Origin: an uncultured Gammaproteobacteria bacterium
GTDB taxonomy: Bacteria > Patescibacteriota > Patescibacteriia > UBA2196
Assembly (NCBI GenBank): GCA_964522515.1
Contig: CAZFWC010000001.1
Span: 14,536 to 78,535 of the forward strand
DNA: 64,000 bases
Direction: 5' to 3'
Position numbers and translations under genes: made by a program. Below are positions 60,246 to 64,000 of this stretch, piece by piece (the stretch's first letter is position 1; each line of letters begins with the position of its first letter). Under the pieces are notes generated by a model. The model saw nothing but the letters and a program-made list of their open reading frames with translations. It made no database searches and had not been told where the DNA came from.

Positions 60246-60926
60246 TTAGAGTAGATATCTTCCTTTTTCCTGATCAGCAGACACAGTACCATTTTCTAAA
60301 GTAATCACGCGTTTATGCAAAGAATTTACAACTTCTCTGTCGTGCGTAACTAAAAGAATTGTTGTGCCAAACTCATTTATTTTTTGTAAAATATCAATAA
60401 TATCTCGTGTGTTAATTGAATCTAAATTTCCAGTTGGCTCGTCAGCAATTAAAATTTTTGGCCTGTGAATTAATGCTCTGGCAATTGAAACTCGTTGTTG
60501 TTCCCCGCCAGATAATTCTTGCGGGTACCTGTTTGTTTTTTCTTCAAGCCCAACAATTTTTAAAACTTGCGGAACAATTTTTTCTATTTTTTTATTTGTG
60601 GAACCAGAAACTTCTAAAGCAAAAGCAACATTTTCAAACGCGGTTTTTTTTGGAAGTAATTTAAAATCCTGCCAAACTACACCAATTTGTCTTCGTAAAA
60701 GCGGAACATGTCTGCGTTTTATTTTTGTAATATCCCAACCGCCAACAATAATTTTCCCTTTAGAAATTGGTTCTTCTGAAATCAAAAGTCGCACAGCTGT
60801 TGTTTTGCCTGTGCCTGATTGACCAACTAAAAAAACAAACTCTCCTGGTTTAATATGGAACGAAGCATTTTTTAATGCATTTACATCGGGTTTATAAAAT
60901 TTTGATACATTTCTAAATTGAATCAT
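60246..60926 (-). CDS. ftsE: Cell division ATP-binding protein FtsE
   Basis: GQSGTGKTT, LRRQIGVV.QDFKLL, LSGGEQQR; start moved to MIQFR. Confidence 0.93.
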   Translation of the reverse strand: MIQFRNVSKFYKPDVNALKNASFHIKPGEFVFLVGQSGTGKTTAVRLLISEEPISKGKIIVGGWDITKIKRRHVPLLRRQIGVVWQDFKLLPKKTAFENVAFALEVSGSTNKKIEKIVPQVLKIVGLEEKTNRYPQELSGGEQQRVSIARALIHRPKILIADEPTGNLDSINTRDIIDILQKINEFGTTILLVTHDREVVNSLHKRVITLENGTVSADQEKGRYLL

Positions 60927-60951
60927 AAAATAATTTTCAGTAATCAATTTT

Positions 60952-60981
60952 CCCGCCTGCCAAATCTCACTGGCGGGCAGG
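60952..60981. repeat. 30-nt hairpin variant (cctgcccgcc-N9-tggcaggcggg on the minus strand)
   Basis: Same termini as the insertion in tRNA-Thr. Confidence 0.8.
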
Positions 60982-61121
60982 CAATTTTCAAACAATTAAT
61001 TAATTTTAAAATTTTCAAATATTTCTCTGAAAAGTTTTTACTATTTTTTATTTAAAGATGATGTTATTTTGTTAAAAATTAAACTTAAACTTGTTTTGTT
61101 TAATTTTGATTATATCTTATT

Positions 61122-61364
61122 TTATATTCCCCATCTCCATCTTGGTTTTTCGCCTTTTTTATAACATGTTATAAAAAGAGCTATAAAATCTAGGATTATT
61201 ATTAAACTGTTTGTTATAATTTCTTTTCCTTGCATAATCCTTGTCCAAGCAAATACAAAGATTAGAATTGATAATAAAGTAATTGTAAATCCTTGCCAAG
61301 TACAAGGATACCACCCCCAACCATACCATTTTGCTTTAAACCAAAGTTTTTTATTTTTTTTCAT
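61122..61364 (-). CDS. Small membrane protein
   Basis: WF..KWYGWGWYP..WQG, two TM segments, GEKPRWRWG. Confidence 0.7.
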   Translation of the reverse strand: MKKNKKLWFKAKWYGWGWYPCTWQGFTITLLSILIFVFAWTRIMQGKEIITNSLIIILDFIALFITCYKKGEKPRWRWGI

Positions 61365-61475
61365 ATATTTTTTTAAAATTATTTAAGAATTGTTTAGAAA
61401 TTGAGAACTGAAAATTGAAAATTGAAAATTTTTTAATCCCTTAATTTCTAATTTCTCAATTTCTCAATTTCTATT

Positions 61476-62285
61476 TTAATAAGACACAACTCTAACTCCT
61501 AAAACCCCTCCCCCTGGATTTCCAATTTTACTAAAAGCTGTTTTTGTTAAATCAACAATTCTGTTATCAACAAAAGGTCCTGTGGAAACTACTTTAACTT
61601 TAACACATTTTTGCAAATTATCTAAACGACAAACTTTAATAAAAGTTCCAATTTTGTAATTGTTTGACGCGCAGTTGTAAGCAGAACTTGGAGTTAACGC
61701 GTCTCCGTACCAACTTGCCCAAGCTTCAAATTCATTTGGAATTTCAAAAACAGCTAAAATCGCGTAAGGCAAATGAATCACAGCGCGAGTTAAATTATTT
61801 TCTAAATCATTTGTGCCAGGCAAAGGTTTCCATTTTTTTGATCCTCCGTCCCAAAAAAACATTTGTTTGCGAAGCATTTTTGTATTTTTAAATTCATCTT
61901 TTAATTCAGGATTTTTAATTGCCACAAAAAGTGGTTTGTTTAAAACACCAATTCTTGGATCTCCTAAAAAATCAAATTCCCAAGCAGATGAAACTCGTTT
62001 GTAATTTAACTCGTTTCCGAATTTGTCAACCACTGGTCCAACAGGCGCCCAGCTTTCATTTAATTCTCGTAAAACCGCAGTGGCAGACTGTGAAATTGCT
62101 TTGTCCACTACACCTAATTTAAATTCGTTGTCTCCTGCAACAACTGTGTAGCCTTTTAAAATTGTTGCTTCATCAATAAATAATTTCCACTCTCTTTTTG
62201 TCCAAGGTTCTGTTTGAGCCTCTACAAAATTAAAAGTTAAAAAAGTTAAAATTAATAAAATTAGTAGTAAAATTTTTCTTGACAT
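61476..62285 (-). CDS. Secreted protein with C-terminal RlpA-like double-psi beta-barrel
   Basis: ASWY...GPF..NRIVDLTKTAF..I. Confidence 0.7.
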   Translation of the reverse strand: MSRKILLLILLILTFLTFNFVEAQTEPWTKREWKLFIDEATILKGYTVVAGDNEFKLGVVDKAISQSATAVLRELNESWAPVGPVVDKFGNELNYKRVSSAWEFDFLGDPRIGVLNKPLFVAIKNPELKDEFKNTKMLRKQMFFWDGGSKKWKPLPGTNDLENNLTRAVIHLPYAILAVFEIPNEFEAWASWYGDALTPSSAYNCASNNYKIGTFIKVCRLDNLQKCVKVKVVSTGPFVDNRIVDLTKTAFSKIGNPGGGVLGVRVVSY

Positions 62286-62328
62286 AAAATTAGTTGTTAT
62301 TTGATAATTGATATTTTTTATATTAAAA

Positions 62329-62826
62329 TTAATTTACTTCCCCAATATTTTCTGCAATGATTTCTAAAGCTGCATTATGGAGTTTATTTCCAGAATTATT
62401 AGCACATAAATTTTTTAAAACAATAATTTTAAAACCCCGATCAAACGCATCGCGTGCAAAAGTCAAAACACAATTTTCAGTCTGGATTCCTCCTAAATAA
62501 ATATCTGTAATTTTGTTTTCCTTTAAAATATTAAAAATTTTGTTATCAACAAAACTGCTGTAAGTATTTTTTACAAAAAGATTGTTTTGATTAATAAATT
62601 TTTTTATTTCATCAACTAAATCATATTCTGCTCGTTTCATAAAACTATGATAATTTAAATTTTTAACAAAATAACTGTCGGGTTTGTTTTTAAATTGAGT
62701 AAATAAAATAAGATCAAATTTATTTTTGTTTCTTTGAATAAAATTCTTAGTTCTTGCTGGCAGATGTTTTGTTCTCTTATCTATAAAACCTTTTTGCAAG
62801 TCAATAATTATTAAAGCTTTTTTCAT
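62329..62826 (-). CDS. Isochorismatase-family cysteine hydrolase
   Basis: ALIIIDLQKGF, K.TYSSF, GIQTENCV..A.DAFDRG. Confidence 0.88.
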   Translation of the reverse strand: MKKALIIIDLQKGFIDKRTKHLPARTKNFIQRNKNKFDLILFTQFKNKPDSYFVKNLNYHSFMKRAEYDLVDEIKKFINQNNLFVKNTYSSFVDNKIFNILKENKITDIYLGGIQTENCVLTFARDAFDRGFKIIVLKNLCANNSGNKLHNAALEIIAENIGEVN

Positions 62827-62867
62827 ATTTTTATTTTTCTAATTTTTATATTAAAATTAATTTAGTT

Positions 62868-62938
62868 GCGGGTGTAGTTCAGTGGCAGAACATGAGCTTC
62901 CCAAGCTTAAGACGGCAGTTCGATTCTGCTCACCCGCT
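62868..62938 (+). tRNA. tRNA-Gly(CCC)
   Basis: GCGGGTG/CACCCGC, TGAGC-TTCCCAA-GCTTA, TTCGATT. Confidence 0.95.
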
Positions 62939-62943
62939 TTTTG

Positions 62944-63126
62944 GCCGAAGTAGCTCAGTTGGTAGACCTGCCCGCCCTAGCCTGAGCCCTTTTAGCTCAA
63001 TTGGTAGAGCAACGGTATCGTAAACCGTAGGTTGTCAGTTCGAATCTGACAAAGGGCTAAGGCGATGGCAGGCGGGGCAGTGCTTTCGTAAAGCAAAGGT
63101 CGTGAGTTCAATTCTCGCCTTCGGCT
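62944..63126 (+). tRNA. tRNA-Thr(CGT) interrupted at position 23/24 by a 110-nt insertion (segments 62944-62966 and 63077-63126)
   Basis: Joined halves give GCCGAAG/CTTCGGC, GCTC/GAGC, TGCT-TTCGTAA-AGCA, GTGAG-TTCAATT-CTCGC. Confidence 0.85.
62986..63058 (+). tRNA. Complete tRNA-Thr(CGT) nested inside the interrupted tRNA-Thr
   Basis: GCCCTTT/AAAGGGC, GCTC/GAGC, ACGGT-ATCGTAA-ACCGT, GTCAG-TTCGAAT-CTGAC. Confidence 0.9.
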
Positions 63127-63191
63127 TTTTAAACTTTAATGCTTTTAAATAAAAATTTTAATCTAAAATTTTTTATTTAAAAGAACTAGAA

Positions 63192-63243
63192 GCCCGCCAG
63201 CCGAAGCAATAAAGGGTTGTTAAAGGCGAAGGCGGGTGAGCGA
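63192..63243. repeat. Degenerate right-arm palindromic unit
   Basis: gcccgccagccgaagc...ggcgaaggcggg-tgagcga, abutting a stop codon. Confidence 0.7.
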
Positions 63244-63609
63244 TTACTGAAAAAAATATTCAAACCACAATTCTGGCATTGATTTGTTTTTTTGTGTTTT
63301 TGTATTTTCTTGTTTTTGTTCTGGAATAATTACAAGTTTTTCTCCGGGCTTTGCTAAACCTAATTTTTCCCTAGCTTGTTTTTCCACAAATTCTGTTTCA
63401 GAAAAAAAATCAATTAATTGACTTAATTCTTGATTTTGTTTTTCTAAAACAAAAATTTCATTTTCAAGTTCAAATGCTTTTTCTGTATTATTTTTTTGTT
63501 GATTTAAATTTTTAACAATAACACTAGCTAATAAAATAAAAATAATTAACAAACAAAAAATAGCTAATTTAGAAGATAATATTTTTTTAGCAGTATAATT
63601 CTGTTTCAT
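63244..63609 (-). CDS. Septum formation initiator (FtsB/DivIC family)
   Basis: TM segment, coiled coil, EKQAREKLGLAKPGE. Confidence 0.88.
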   Translation of the reverse strand: MKQNYTAKKILSSKLAIFCLLIIFILLASVIVKNLNQQKNNTEKAFELENEIFVLEKQNQELSQLIDFFSETEFVEKQAREKLGLAKPGEKLVIIPEQKQENTKTQKNKSMPELWFEYFFQ

Positions 63610-63672
63610 ATTTTAATTATATCACAAAAACACCAAAACATAAATTACTATTTTACTTTTTACATTTTATTT

Positions 63673-63891
63673 TAGCCCCCTTTAAGGGGGCTTCTGTTTG
63701 TTTTAACCTGACCCTTTAGGGTTAGGGGTTTAGAAAAAAAATTTTCTTTTTCAGCCTAGCCCTAAAAGGGCAAGGTTAATTTCTCAAGCCCTCTGAAGAG
63801 GGCTAATTTATTTTCAAAATTATTTTATTTATTAACCACCCCACAGCCCCTCCCTGCCTACCGGACAGGCAGGCTTGAAAATGAGGGGAGA
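63673..63891. repeat. Cluster of short CCC...GGG hairpins plus a nested 21-nt element (63853-63873)
   Basis: agccccctttaagggggct, accctttagggt, gccctaaaagggc, agccctctgaagagggct. Confidence 0.65.
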
Positions 63892-64000
63892 AAATTTAAT
63901 TCTAACCTAATTTTTTCACAAACTGCCTAGCTTGTTTTTTATTTTTAATTTTATTTACTAATTGTTTTTCTCTAATTTTATTTTTAATTTCTCCTATTTT

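Noticed and set aside
60927-60995. N-terminal extensions in the ORF track for ftsE (also GT2 16187-16267, adk and DUF4012)
   Set aside because: They run through intergenic or repeat DNA; downstream ATGs match the normal family N-termini
62967-63076. Insert as a group I/II intron or a prophage att duplication
   Set aside because: Only 37 nt besides the inner tRNA, no catalytic core or integrase, and the inner tRNA is a full divergent gene rather than a duplicated 3' fragment

Overview
AT-rich chromosomal window, most consistent with a Patescibacteria (CPR, Parcubacteria-like) genome: rpmD is missing from the spc cluster, a DUF4012-type protein is present, and core genes largely lack Shine-Dalgarno sites. 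It carries gltX, a surface-glycan locus, the str/S10/spc ribosomal cluster (rpsL to map), ndk, ychF, ftsEX, rpmB and tRNA-Gln, tRNA-Gly and tRNA-Thr. A small accessory island (RelE-type toxin-antitoxin pair, DNA methyltransferase, mini-HNH) separates fusA from tuf. The main signal is a family of tiny GC-rich palindromic elements (about 20-21, 30 and 45 nt) that insert without target duplication, nest inside one another, fill spacers between ribosomal genes, and add in-frame peptides to EF-G, Map, uL4, uL18, uL22 and others. One such element splits the D-arm of a tRNA-Thr(CGT) gene and carries a second, complete tRNA-Thr(CGT) in its loop (a tRNA inside a tRNA). A separate pattern is a set of single-gene ORFan cassettes with their own promoter, SD site and terminator. 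No transposase or CRISPR array was seen. All product calls come from motif recognition, not database searches.
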